A stretch of DNA of 64,000 nucleotides from Candidatus Poribacteria bacterium (GCA_965205025.1 CBDBFU010000032.1:192001-256000), one strand, 5' to 3'. Counted from the first letter of the stretch, positions 7,801 to 18,057 are shown. A program made the numbers and translations. The notes: generated from the sequence alone by a model not told the origin.

Positions 7801-10503
7801 CTACTTCAGAATTACCAGTCTTCGGGTTTGTTGAAATGTTGGTGTTGTCAGTTGGTAAAAATAAACACCACTTGCCACCTGTTCACCGAGGAGATTTCGT
7901 CCATCCCAATACGCAGCACGATCAGGACTGTTATAGAATCCAGCGGATTGCATTCCAAGTGAAAGAGATCGAATCAACTTTCCGGTTGTGTCATAGATTG
8001 ATACCGAAACTGGACTCTCTTCAGAAAGTTGATACGGAATCCAAGTCTCAGGATTAAACGGATTCGGGTAATTCTGTAAGAGTTGATTGTTTATGGGTTT
8101 TCCGATACCATCAATATTTACAGATAACACCGCGTTAACCAAATCCTCATGTGATACTTTTATACGACGTATCCGTGAATCAATATTTCCGTCAGGAGCA
8201 ATGACACGTACTTCAATCACATCTCCAACATTTACCACACTTTTTCTTGTTAGATCAGCAGTTGCGGCAGCGAAGTAATCTCCATGTACTTGTGTAGTAA
8301 TCGTATTGTTCGTACTTAGATTGCGTACAATAACTTGGTAACCGTCATAAGTAAGTTTCCCTTTTAACTGACCACTTACAACAAATGCCCAAGTTTCTTG
8401 TGATATCTGGAATGAATTTGCAGAAGGTGATGCCGCACCCTCTGTTAGATTTGTCCATCGTGAACCAGTAAAAGCAAAATCCCGTGGTTGTGGTACATTG
8501 ACAATATATCCTTGTCCACCAGCCACTGAAAATCCATCGTTAGGAGCGTTTGGCGTCCACCCAATAAAACTTTGGCTTTTAGCGTCAAGGGCAATGACCA
8601 TTGTTGATCCAGTTATACCAGCAAGTGATTTTGCAGTCATCGGTGTTGGGGGTGCTAATGGTACAGATAACATGTTCAAACCCTTAGATAAAGTGAGATT
8701 GAATGTATTTCCAAAAAATTCACTCACTGCTTTGGAAACAGGTTTTGCGATAAAACCGTGTGTGCGTCCATCCGCGGATTTATAATTCCCAACTACTGAA
8801 CCATCCTGATTAATATTATAACCTTCTGTGCTAACACTACCCGGATAGTGTAATTCATGAAGTCCATGTTGGAATGAGCCTATGTAAGTCCGTGGAACAT
8901 CACCATATTTTTTAGCCCTACCGACAAGAGTGCCTACATCGTTGATACCGTGTACAAAATAGTATTCAAACATAGAGGCATTTGGGAGATCAATTGATAG
9001 GAATCTACCCGTAGATGTATGCGTGTATGGACGGTAAATTCCATCCGCATCTACATAACTTCCTACCATACGACCTTCTGCGTTTATAAAATCAGCATAG
9101 GTTTCAGGGGCATCTGGAAATTCCACTATAGTATCACCAGAGAATCCGCGCCGAATACCAGACTCATCAATAAAATTACCTGTCAGATCACCTGTCGCAT
9201 CACTAATACCGTATAGAAACGTTTGAACTGATCCGGGAAAATCGTATTGTCGTAATTCACCATTATCTAAAATTACACCATGGTATAGTCCATCGCTATC
9301 TTCGTAGTGACCTGCAGCCTGACCATTATTCCCAAGTGCATAGAAAAAAGTATTCTGTGAACCAGGGAAATCGTAGGTAGCAAAAACTCCATCAATAAGT
9401 GTAAACGCAACCGTTTTCTTGCCATCCACACTACGTGTGTTTCCAGCATAATCCTCAAAGTCACTACTCGCAGTCAACTCTAAGAAATCTACTCCAGGAA
9501 CGTTTATGCTTTCAAAAGTGTAGTTGAATTCAGTCTGTGGGGAAACAAGTACAGGTTCATCAGGAACTGGTGTTTCTGTCCCAGTGATTAGACGGGCAAT
9601 GAAACCGTGTCTACGTCCATCCTCTGAATCATAATGTCCAACTATTGAACCATCCTGATTGATATTATAGCCTTCTGTACTAACACTACCCGGTACTTTG
9701 AAGTCTTTTAGTCCTTCTCGAAATGTACCTACATAAGTAACAGGAACACCATCCTTCGGTTTTGCCCTTGAAACCACTGTACCTGCATCGTTGATGCCGT
9801 GTACGAAAAAGAATTCTAATTGAGATCCTCGGGGTAGATCAATAGATATAAACCTACCTGTTGGGGTGCGGATATATGGGTGGTATATTCCATCGGCATC
9901 TACATAACTTCCAACCATCCCACCACTGGCATTCACAAAATCTGCGTAAGTTTCTTTTGCTCCAGGGTATTCAATAATTTCGTCTGCCGAAAACCCACGA
10001 CGTATTCCAGAGTCATCAATAAAATTACCTGTCAATGCCCCAGTAGAATCACTAATGCCGTATAGGAAAGTTTCAACAGCACCAGGAAAATCATATTGAT
10101 GTAATTCACCATTCTCTAAGACAACTCCATGGAACAATCCATCGCTATCTTGGTAGTGTCCAGCAGCCTGTCCATTATTTCCAAGTGCATAGAAATATGT
10201 GTTCTGTGAACCGGGGAAATCGTAAGTCGTGAATACACCGTCAATAAGTGTAAACCCAACTATTTTCTCTCCATCTTCACTCCTTGTGTTCCCTGCGTAA
10301 TCCTCAAAGTCGCTACTTGCTGTCAACTCTAAGAAATCTACTCCTGGAACATCAATGGTTTCAAACGTATAATTTGAACTGACTGATGGTACAACAGATT
10401 CAGTAGTTTCTTGTGCAACCACGTTGACTTGGTTGAAAATAGGTATAATAAATAAAAACGTTAACATATAGAACAAGAATTTGGTTCTTATCTTCGAATG
10501 CAT
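7801..10503 (-). CDS. Secreted beta-propeller repeat protein (two tandem propellers), paralog of 5874-7700
   Basis: Start moved to ATG 10503 (GGAGG upstream, then signal peptide); two about 283-aa copies of the same domain; same two C-terminal domains as the neighbour. Confidence 0.8.
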   Translation of the reverse strand: MHSKIRTKFLFYMLTFLFIIPIFNQVNVVAQETTESVVPSVSSNYTFETIDVPGVDFLELTASSDFEDYAGNTRSEDGEKIVGFTLIDGVFTTYDFPGSQNTYFYALGNNGQAAGHYQDSDGLFHGVVLENGELHQYDFPGAVETFLYGISDSTGALTGNFIDDSGIRRGFSADEIIEYPGAKETYADFVNASGGMVGSYVDADGIYHPYIRTPTGRFISIDLPRGSQLEFFFVHGINDAGTVVSRAKPKDGVPVTYVGTFREGLKDFKVPGSVSTEGYNINQDGSIVGHYDSEDGRRHGFIARLITGTETPVPDEPVLVSPQTEFNYTFESINVPGVDFLELTASSDFEDYAGNTRSVDGKKTVAFTLIDGVFATYDFPGSQNTFFYALGNNGQAAGHYEDSDGLYHGVILDNGELRQYDFPGSVQTFLYGISDATGDLTGNFIDESGIRRGFSGDTIVEFPDAPETYADFINAEGRMVGSYVDADGIYRPYTHTSTGRFLSIDLPNASMFEYYFVHGINDVGTLVGRAKKYGDVPRTYIGSFQHGLHELHYPGSVSTEGYNINQDGSVVGNYKSADGRTHGFIAKPVSKAVSEFFGNTFNLTLSKGLNMLSVPLAPPTPMTAKSLAGITGSTMVIALDAKSQSFIGWTPNAPNDGFSVAGGQGYIVNVPQPRDFAFTGSRWTNLTEGAASPSANSFQISQETWAFVVSGQLKGKLTYDGYQVIVRNLSTNNTITTQVHGDYFAAATADLTRKSVVNVGDVIEVRVIAPDGNIDSRIRRIKVSHEDLVNAVLSVNIDGIGKPINNQLLQNYPNPFNPETWIPYQLSEESPVSVSIYDTTGKLIRSLSLGMQSAGFYNSPDRAAYWDGRNLLGEQVASGVYFYQLTTPTFQQTRRLVILK
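8747..10372 (-). repeat. Intragenic tandem duplication of the propeller domain (about 9596-10372 vs about 8747-9526)
   Basis: Near-identical peptides in both copies (VPGVDFLELTASSDFEDYAGNTRS, FYALGNNGQAAGHY, SVSTEGYNINQDGS) with long identical nucleotide runs. Confidence 0.9.
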
Positions 10504-10602
10504 AATAGAGAATTCCTCCATAATAATAAGATATTCCGTAAACTTCATTAAATTTGTGTGCTTGCATACAGATTTATTAAGAATGTCAGGACATATACAA
10601 CT

Positions 10603-10638
10603 CCTCTTAAAGTCTCCTTGAAAAAGGGACTTAAGGGG
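10603..10638. repeat. REP-like imperfect palindrome (CCTCTTAAAGTCTCCTT-GAAA-AAGGGACTTAAGGGG)
   Basis: GC-rich inverted repeat in an AT-rich spacer. Confidence 0.5.
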
Positions 10639-10929
10639 TTAAAACACCGAAATAACGGCTCTTTAAGTCCTATTTTCCTTTTTCTGCTCAATTTTCGTAA
10701 ATACTGTATGTGTAAAGAAAAAGTAATCTTCATCTTTTCAATTTTAGTATATGCATATCTACATAAAATGCAAGATAAAACCCATCTGTTTTCCTTTTGT
10801 TATGGAGACACTACTTTTATTGATATAAAATATGTCGATCAACTATTCTTTACTATCAAATCCTTATGAACTGACTTTATAACTATAAAACCAATACTTT
10901 TTAATAATTGATACTACATTGGAGTGAAG

Positions 10930-11934
10930 CTATTCATCCCAAGGCAACGGTACACCAAGACGTTCACTTGCTGACCGGGCGGATTCCTGTTCCATTTCAC
11001 CGTATCGAATACCCACTCTTCGGTGTTGCTCTACCCTTTCCTGTTCAATTGCACCAGGTAGCAATGCTTTATCTGTTCCAGGCATTGGTTCATAAGTTTC
11101 GCGGACATCCCGCACTAATCGATCTACTTCAGCATGGAAGATGTCGGAGGGTACAATTGATTCAATATCTATTGCCAATACCATCCCACCGTGTCGCGCT
11201 CCATTCCATTTTGCAGTGTCATCGGATGCTGGTTCAGTAAACCCAGTCAATGCCCCACCAAGTAGACAAGCAACAGCAGTATAACCGATACTTTTAAAGA
11301 AGGCTGCTGGGATCATTGACAAAAGTTCGTCAAATTCCTCTCCACGTTGATAATCAGCCATAATACATGTTGCTGCGTCAAGTACAACAGGAGGTTCATC
11401 ACCAGAAGGGATTGCAAAACAGATAGGTGGGTTCCCGTAATAACCGAGTTGTGGTTTGGTATCACTATTTCCTGCATTACCATGGTTTTGATATCCCTGG
11501 ACCGAAAAACCGATACAACCGGCTTCATTACATATACGAGCATAATGTCCTGCAGATCCATAATGTCCAATGTAACGGACAAGTCCCATTCCTATGCCGA
11601 CTTCTTTTGCTTTTGAGATTGCATGTTCAGTGGCTCGAACCATTGGGAGATAACCAAGTGTTCCATTTCCATCAAGAACAACAGAGGTAGGTGATTCATT
11701 AATTACTGTTATATTTGGGTTTGGGTTAAGACTGCCATTTTCAAAGCCACCACAATATCCACTAAGAGTTCGTGTGCCATGGCTACGAACCCCACGTAGA
11801 TCCGAATTAACCAGTAAACGACTAATTAGGGCAGCATGCTCCTGAGATATACCAGCCTTTTCAAAACAGGTTGTAGAGAAGTTGAGAAGCCGTTCTTCAT
11901 CCACGCGGATAAATTCTTCTGGGGGTCTATTCAT
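10930..11934 (-). CDS. Ldh_2 family (malate/L-lactate/ureidoglycolate-type) oxidoreductase
   Basis: DLRGVRSHG, GHYGSAGHY, GNPPICFAIP, LLPG motifs. Confidence 0.88.
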   Translation of the reverse strand: MNRPPEEFIRVDEERLLNFSTTCFEKAGISQEHAALISRLLVNSDLRGVRSHGTRTLSGYCGGFENGSLNPNPNITVINESPTSVVLDGNGTLGYLPMVRATEHAISKAKEVGIGMGLVRYIGHYGSAGHYARICNEAGCIGFSVQGYQNHGNAGNSDTKPQLGYYGNPPICFAIPSGDEPPVVLDAATCIMADYQRGEEFDELLSMIPAAFFKSIGYTAVACLLGGALTGFTEPASDDTAKWNGARHGGMVLAIDIESIVPSDIFHAEVDRLVRDVRETYEPMPGTDKALLPGAIEQERVEQHRRVGIRYGEMEQESARSASERLGVPLPWDE

Positions 11935-11964
11935 TTCACTCTCCTATACTTGATCTGATAGAAA

Positions 11965-13119
11965 TTATGGATCTATCTGTTGATAGAAAACTTTCTGACC
12001 ATCTTTAATGGTGAATATCACTGCACTCTTGGTTGGTTGACGGTTTTCATTATAGCCTTTAATACTTGTTGCTCCAACATAATTCTCTGTAACAGCGAGT
12101 TGGTTGCGTATTGCTTCAGCATCCAGACTTCCTGCACGTAATGCCGCCTCATAAAGTAATTTGACTGCATCGTAACTAACTGCTACGCCACCTGTTGGTG
12201 TTGATTCATATATTGATTCGTATAAATCAACAAATGCTCGTGCAGTTGGTTCTTTTGTTTCCGGTGAAAAGTGACCACTAAAGTAGCTGCCTTCAATTTC
12301 AGCATTCTCATCTTCAAAGAGTAGTATACTGTCCCAGGAATCTGCACCGAGGAAAATAGTAGGTTCACCTTGTGCATTTAACAACGGCAATTCACGGGCT
12401 TGTTCAGTGATATACGCAATGTCTTGAACGAAACCAGCGGCAAAAACTGCATCAGGTTTTAAATCAGCGATCTGTGTTAATGTTTCGGTGAAATCTTCTG
12501 TCCCACCTTCAAAGAAAACCTCGGCAACTACATCTCCTCCCAGACTATTAAAATTGGAATAGAAGAAGCTTGAAATACCTTCGGTATACAGATCACCCCT
12601 TCGTGTGATAATTGCAGCTGTTGTAAGCCCCAATTCCATTTTAGCAAAATTTGCCATTACTGCCCCTTGAAAACTATCTGTGAAGGATGCCATAAAGACA
12701 AAATCACCAGCTTCCGTTACGTTTGGGTTGGTCGCAGTTGTTGTAACCATAGGAATTCGGTGTTCTTGAGCAATAGGTCCAACAAGAGCAGCATGGGAAG
12801 AACGGTTTGGACCAATTAATGCAATAACACCCTCCTCTACAATCAAAGATTCTGCAAGTTTAACAGATACATCAAGATCCGCCTCTATATTGATATGACC
12901 AATCAATTCAACAGGCATTCCAAACAGTCCACCTTGTTCGTTGATCTCTGTCACAGCCAATTCCGCCCCGTTTGGGTAGGAAACACGTTGTCCTGCAACT
13001 ACAAAACCAATTTTTATAGTGGGCGCGTCCTTTGGTGTCAGAACTTCTTTTACATTATTACAACTTAATATCGTTAGTACTAATAGACATAGACAGAATG
13101 TAATTACATTTTTTTTCAT
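11965..13119 (-). CDS. ABC transporter substrate-binding lipoprotein, LivJ/LivK family
   Basis: Lipobox ILSC; GAELAVTEINEQGG; TATNPNVT...FTDSFQG; YDAV. Confidence 0.88.
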   Translation of the reverse strand: MKKNVITFCLCLLVLTILSCNNVKEVLTPKDAPTIKIGFVVAGQRVSYPNGAELAVTEINEQGGLFGMPVELIGHINIEADLDVSVKLAESLIVEEGVIALIGPNRSSHAALVGPIAQEHRIPMVTTTATNPNVTEAGDFVFMASFTDSFQGAVMANFAKMELGLTTAAIITRRGDLYTEGISSFFYSNFNSLGGDVVAEVFFEGGTEDFTETLTQIADLKPDAVFAAGFVQDIAYITEQARELPLLNAQGEPTIFLGADSWDSILLFEDENAEIEGSYFSGHFSPETKEPTARAFVDLYESIYESTPTGGVAVSYDAVKLLYEAALRAGSLDAEAIRNQLAVTENYVGATSIKGYNENRQPTKSAVIFTIKDGQKVFYQQIDP

Positions 13120-13523
13120 AAGATAAATCCGTAGATAGATATTCCTTTTCCTTTATTAAAGTATATAACTGAAAATCAGATAATGAAGCACATATAATAT
13201 ATTGTAGTATGTATGTGAACGTAAATGAGTGTTTAACTACTACCTATAAAATAATTGTACGATTTTGACATTATAATCATACAACATATCTGGAGGGATC
13301 TCTCTGGGTGAACTTTTACATAAGAAATAATTCAAATATGACTAAAATCCCTTTTCTAAGTATTAGTAATCTGTTACAATAGTACGTAATGGTGTTTCAT
13401 GTTACATAAAACCTGTTAGATAATAAATGGATACATAAATGGTAACATAACCAGTTATGATAACACTAACAATTATCATTAAACATCTAAAATATGCAAG
13501 TTTAGTTTTAGTATAGGAAAGTT

Positions 13524-14264
13524 ATGCAGACCTTAATCACAGTGATTGGACGTGGTCATTCTGGTACTCGTGCTATTTCACATACCCTATATGCCAGTGG
13601 AGTGTATATGGGGAGTCAACTAAACCCTTCAGGTGATAAGATTCCACCACATGACCTATATGATGCCTGCCGTGTATTGTCTAAATATGTCAAATGGGAA
13701 GGTGGCTTATCTTGGGATTTTGATCCATTATTTACCATGTCTATTGCCCCTAAATTTGAAGAACTAATAAATAGCTATTTATCGGATGTACTGAATAATA
13801 CATCCGTGAATAAGGGATGGAAGATACCAGAAACGACACTTATTTATCCTTGGATACTACGTATGTTTCCTGATATACGATATATACATTGGATACGCGA
13901 TCCGAGAGATTGTATTCTTGGAAGTCATAAAACTGATAATCTAATGGATTTTGGTATTGAATATTCACTTACAGATGATATTTACAAGAGACGCGCAATC
14001 TCTTGGTATTATCAATATGAATTGATGAAAGCAACACCTAAACCTAAACATTTTATACAGGTCCGTTTTGAAGATTTCGTGCTAAAGCAAGAGGAAACCC
14101 TTAAACTACTTGAGGATTTCTTAGGATTTTCATTGGGACGTATTATTGTCAGACCAGAAGCAGTATACAGATGGAAGAGAACAGAACAACCTTGTCCACT
14201 TCCGTTTAACTTTTTACGTGAAGCAATTACTGAAAATGAGTATTCGTTAGATATGTCTTATTGA
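13524..14264 (+). CDS. Sulfotransferase family protein
   Basis: 5'-PSB motif IGRGHSGT, GWKIP, 3'-PB motif IRDPRD, VRFEDF. Confidence 0.82.
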   Translation: MQTLITVIGRGHSGTRAISHTLYASGVYMGSQLNPSGDKIPPHDLYDACRVLSKYVKWEGGLSWDFDPLFTMSIAPKFEELINSYLSDVLNNTSVNKGWKIPETTLIYPWILRMFPDIRYIHWIRDPRDCILGSHKTDNLMDFGIEYSLTDDIYKRRAISWYYQYELMKATPKPKHFIQVRFEDFVLKQEETLKLLEDFLGFSLGRIIVRPEAVYRWKRTEQPCPLPFNFLREAITENEYSLDMSY

Positions 14265-14287
14265 TCAACAACAAAAAAGGAATCATT

Positions 14288-15313
14288 ATGCCAAAAAATG
14301 GAAAATACCAAGTTGGACTGGTAGGTACAGGTGGAATAGCACGTGCTCATGGTGATGGATGTAAACATGCCCCAAGTGCCGAATTAGCAGCAGTTCATGA
14401 TGTTTCTGAGGCTGCATTAAAAGGGTTTGGTGAGCAATTCAATGTGGATGAAAAGCATCGTTATCTTTCATTAGATGATATGTTACAATCTGAGGATTTA
14501 GATATTGCTGTTATCTGTACTTGGGGAGCATTTCACTCTGAAGTAGGAATCCAGATTGCAGAATCTAAGCAAGTAAAAGCGATCCTGTGTGAAAAACCTT
14601 TTACATCTACAGCTGCGGAGGCAGAAGCCTTTGTTGGTGCTGCACAGGATAATGGAATTCTCGTCGCAGAAGCCTTTAAATTTCGACACCATCCCATGCA
14701 CCAAAAGGCTAAGGAATTGGTAGATACAGGTGCAATTGGTGAGTTGAAAACCATTCGTAGTACATTCTGTACTGGTGGTGGCGGCGGTGGTCCTGAATCA
14801 CGTAAACCAAGCGCGAATTGGCGTTTTAACAAGGCAAAAGGTGGTGGGAGTATTTACGATCTGGCATGTTATAATATCCATCATGCACGTTTTATGTTTG
14901 ATGCTGAACCCATCAGAGTGTCCGGAGCATCCCAGGCAGGATTAGAAGTTGATGACGCATCCTATCTGTTGTTAGTATTTCCTGATGAACGTACTGCACA
15001 GATCTCAACAGGTTTTAATTGTGCTGGTGGACAATATGCTGAAATGGCTGGTTTAGGAGGAATGCTTCGAATTGATGCTGCTTGGAATAATGGTGGTTCT
15101 CCTGTAAATATAGTGGTGCAGAATAGAGATGGACGACAAGTAATTGATATTGATCCATGTAATCAGTTTGCTGCACAACTTGAACACATGTGTGAATGTT
15201 TGGAAACAGGTAAACCGCACAGAATTTCACCTGAAAGTTGTGTCAATCAAATGCGTGTAATTGATGCAGCATTTGAAGCAATGGCGACTGGCACAACAGT
15301 CGAATTAGGATAA
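14288..15313 (+). CDS. Gfo/Idh/MocA family oxidoreductase
   Basis: GLVGTGGIA, CEKP, GGGSIYDLACY; start moved to ATG 14288 (AAGGA upstream). Confidence 0.92.
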   Translation: MPKNGKYQVGLVGTGGIARAHGDGCKHAPSAELAAVHDVSEAALKGFGEQFNVDEKHRYLSLDDMLQSEDLDIAVICTWGAFHSEVGIQIAESKQVKAILCEKPFTSTAAEAEAFVGAAQDNGILVAEAFKFRHHPMHQKAKELVDTGAIGELKTIRSTFCTGGGGGGPESRKPSANWRFNKAKGGGSIYDLACYNIHHARFMFDAEPIRVSGASQAGLEVDDASYLLLVFPDERTAQISTGFNCAGGQYAEMAGLGGMLRIDAAWNNGGSPVNIVVQNRDGRQVIDIDPCNQFAAQLEHMCECLETGKPHRISPESCVNQMRVIDAAFEAMATGTTVELG

Positions 15314-15331
15314 TAACACCATATAAAATTT

Positions 15332-15357
15332 TGGGTAGGATTTTTCCTACCCATTTT
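15332..15357 (+). terminator. Rho-independent terminator
   Basis: Perfect stem TGGGTAGGA-TTTT-TCCTACCCA followed by TTTT, just after the oxidoreductase stop. Confidence 0.75.
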
Positions 15358-15403
15358 CAGTGAAAAATTAGTGAATATTCTTTACAGAAATTAGGTTTTT
15401 TCA

Positions 15404-16102
15404 ATGCAGAACTTTTCTAACACTGAAGCACTTACTTTTGACCTATTTGGAACCATTCTGGATTTAGGTGGGAGTCTTACTCCGTTTATTGGCGAGTCGT
15501 TAGCCACACATAATGTGAAGAATGTCACTGCAGATGAATTCTGGGAACAGTGGCGTTATCGGCAACGGATTGAACAGTATCAAGATACAATTATGATGCT
15601 TGGACATAGTGGCTATCTGGAGACTGTCCGACGTGCTTTACACTATACACTAAGACGAAATGGAATTGATGCAACACCAGAAATAGTAGAAGAGTTTATG
15701 AGGGGTTGGCAACAACTGATACCATTTCCAGAGGTGTTATCTGCACTTAGCAGATTAAATACTAACTATCAGTTGGTTGTTCTATCAAATGGAGATCCAG
15801 ATTTCTTGGACTATCTTGTGAAACATAGGGTAGAATGGCTATTTGATGGTGTTATCTCTGTAACATCATTCGGTGCATTTAAGCCACACCCTGGGGTTTA
15901 TCGTGGAGCAGCTGGCACATTGGAACTTGATGTAAATGAATGTATGATGGTATCTGCGAATTCGTTTGATATCATGGGTGCACGGGCATGTGGATTTCGT
16001 GGCGCGTATGTGAACCGATACAAGCTGCCTTATGAAGACTCCCAGTTTAAACCTGATGTAACAGTGTTTGATTTTACAGAGTTAGCAGATGCACTTTTAT
16101 AA
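15404..16102 (+). CDS. L-2-haloacid dehalogenase (HAD type II)
   Basis: FDLFGT, WRYRQ, LSNG, FKPHPGVY, VSANSFDIMGA motifs. Confidence 0.85.
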   Translation: MQNFSNTEALTFDLFGTILDLGGSLTPFIGESLATHNVKNVTADEFWEQWRYRQRIEQYQDTIMMLGHSGYLETVRRALHYTLRRNGIDATPEIVEEFMRGWQQLIPFPEVLSALSRLNTNYQLVVLSNGDPDFLDYLVKHRVEWLFDGVISVTSFGAFKPHPGVYRGAAGTLELDVNECMMVSANSFDIMGARACGFRGAYVNRYKLPYEDSQFKPDVTVFDFTELADALL

Positions 16103-16128
16103 ATATAAGACGCAATATTCGATTCAAT

Positions 16129-18057
16129 TTACATTGTTGGAATTTTCCATACTAAAATAGTTCCATCCGAGCTACCACTAACCAATTTACTCCCATCCTG
16201 AGTAAATGCAAGTCCCTTAATATCGTCAAGATGACCTGTAAATGTATGTATGTGTTTCTGTGTTGCTACATCCCAAAGTCGAATCGTATTATCCGCACTT
16301 CCACTTGCAAGTGTCTTTCCATCTAAACTAAATATAATACTATAGATGCTACCAGTATGACCTTTTAGTATATGTATTTGACTCCCTGATGCAACATCCC
16401 ACAAAATTATAGCATCCATATCTTCGTTCCACACATTTTCACATCCACTTGCAAGTAATTTCCCATCTGGACTGAATGCTACACAATTTATATCCCCCAT
16501 GTTTCCTGATAGTGTTTTTTTGTACTCCCCTGTCTCTAAATCCCATAGGTATATTGCCTTATTCCCAAAATTGTCCTCTCCATTATATTCGGCAATGCCA
16601 CCGCTTGCGATTGTTGTACCATCGGAACTAATTGTTACGCTATTAATGTGATTATCATGACCTTCCAATTTTTGTATATGTTTTCTGTTAAGCACATTCC
16701 ATTTGTGAATGTTACGATAGTTACTGCTTACAAGTGTTTTCCCATCTGGACTAAAAGCAATAGAACTTACTTCACCGATTCTGTCTTGTGTTAGGGTGTG
16801 AAGGTATACACCTGATACAGCATCCCACAGACGAATAGTAGTGTCGAAACTTCCACTTGCAAGAACACTACTATCAGAATTAAATGTCACTGTGTCTACA
16901 TAATGGTCGTGTCCTGTAAGTGTGTGTAGTTTGTTACCCGTTGAAGCTTCCCAGATCTCAACTACTTTGAAGCTTGCACAAGCAATAGTGTTATCATCAG
17001 CTGCCATAGCAATGCTTCTGATTGGGGATGTAAAACCAGTAATCGTGTGTTTTGGTATACCTGTTTCAATTTCCCATACTCCTAATACATTTCCAAAATC
17101 TTTAGTTACAATATGTTTTTGATTATTAAGTGATATGTCAATCGCCCTATTGTATATTGAGAATTTATGTGCTATCTTTCCAGTATCAATGTCCCATATA
17201 CGAATTATCTTATCCTGACTACTGCTAACAAGAGTCATACCATCAATACTTAATTCCAGTCCGATTACCTGTCCAATTTCATCTGAGAGTAACTCTAATG
17301 GTGTTAGTGTACTTGAATCCCAAACCTGTATTTTCTTATATCCACCCAAAGAAATTACATTATTCTTTGTAAAAAGTACATGATAAATGCTCCCTATCTG
17401 AGACTTAATGGAATGGATTAAATTCCCTGTGTCTGTGTTCCATAACCGTACAGCATTATCTGGAAAACCTTCTCCACTTGCGAGTATATGTCCATCTGGA
17501 CTAAATGCAAGACTATTTACTTCTCCTGTGAATTCATTGAGTGTATGTTTTAATTCACCAGTGGAGATATCCCATAGACAGACGGCAACCTCAAACACCC
17601 TTTCACCACCATCAATACCAGTATTGCCGCTTGCGATTGTTTTCCCATCTGGACTATATGCTATACAGTTTATTGCATGTGGATGTCCAATTAGCGTCTT
17701 CTTCTCCATCCCAGTTATCACGTCCCAAAGCCGAACGGTTTTATCAGAACTACCGCTGGCGAGTATTTGACTATTTGGACTAAAGGAAATACAATTTACA
17801 CTCCCATTGTGTTCTGATAGAAAACGAACCACTTCATAGTTTGTCGTCCCATACACCCAAATACCAATAGAGGTAGCGACAGCCAAATGCTTTCCGTCAG
17901 ATGAATATTTAAAATCGTTAATAATCCCTTTTCCTAATCGTGCAACTGCATCCTCAGGTAAACTGAATTTTGTTGTTTCATTGGCGAGACTTGGATGTAA
18001 TCTACTCAATAGAACAATGCATAACAGACAAAAAACGATAAATGTATGGTTTTTCAT
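16129..18057 (-). CDS. Secreted WD40-repeat protein
   Basis: Signal peptide, LPEDAVARLGKG, about 14 GH...FSPDG...LASGS.D.TIRLWD repeats. Confidence 0.93.
   Translation of the reverse strand: MKNHTFIVFCLLCIVLLSRLHPSLANETTKFSLPEDAVARLGKGIINDFKYSSDGKHLAVATSIGIWVYGTTNYEVVRFLSEHNGSVNCISFSPNSQILASGSSDKTVRLWDVITGMEKKTLIGHPHAINCIAYSPDGKTIASGNTGIDGGERVFEVAVCLWDISTGELKHTLNEFTGEVNSLAFSPDGHILASGEGFPDNAVRLWNTDTGNLIHSIKSQIGSIYHVLFTKNNVISLGGYKKIQVWDSSTLTPLELLSDEIGQVIGLELSIDGMTLVSSSQDKIIRIWDIDTGKIAHKFSIYNRAIDISLNNQKHIVTKDFGNVLGVWEIETGIPKHTITGFTSPIRSIAMAADDNTIACASFKVVEIWEASTGNKLHTLTGHDHYVDTVTFNSDSSVLASGSFDTTIRLWDAVSGVYLHTLTQDRIGEVSSIAFSPDGKTLVSSNYRNIHKWNVLNRKHIQKLEGHDNHINSVTISSDGTTIASGGIAEYNGEDNFGNKAIYLWDLETGEYKKTLSGNMGDINCVAFSPDGKLLASGCENVWNEDMDAIILWDVASGSQIHILKGHTGSIYSIIFSLDGKTLASGSADNTIRLWDVATQKHIHTFTGHLDDIKGLAFTQDGSKLVSGSSDGTILVWKIPTM

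Noticed and set aside
10548-10869. ORFs 10548-10733 (-) and 10558-10869 (+)
   Set aside because: No recognisable motifs or RBS; they overlap palindromic intergenic DNA.
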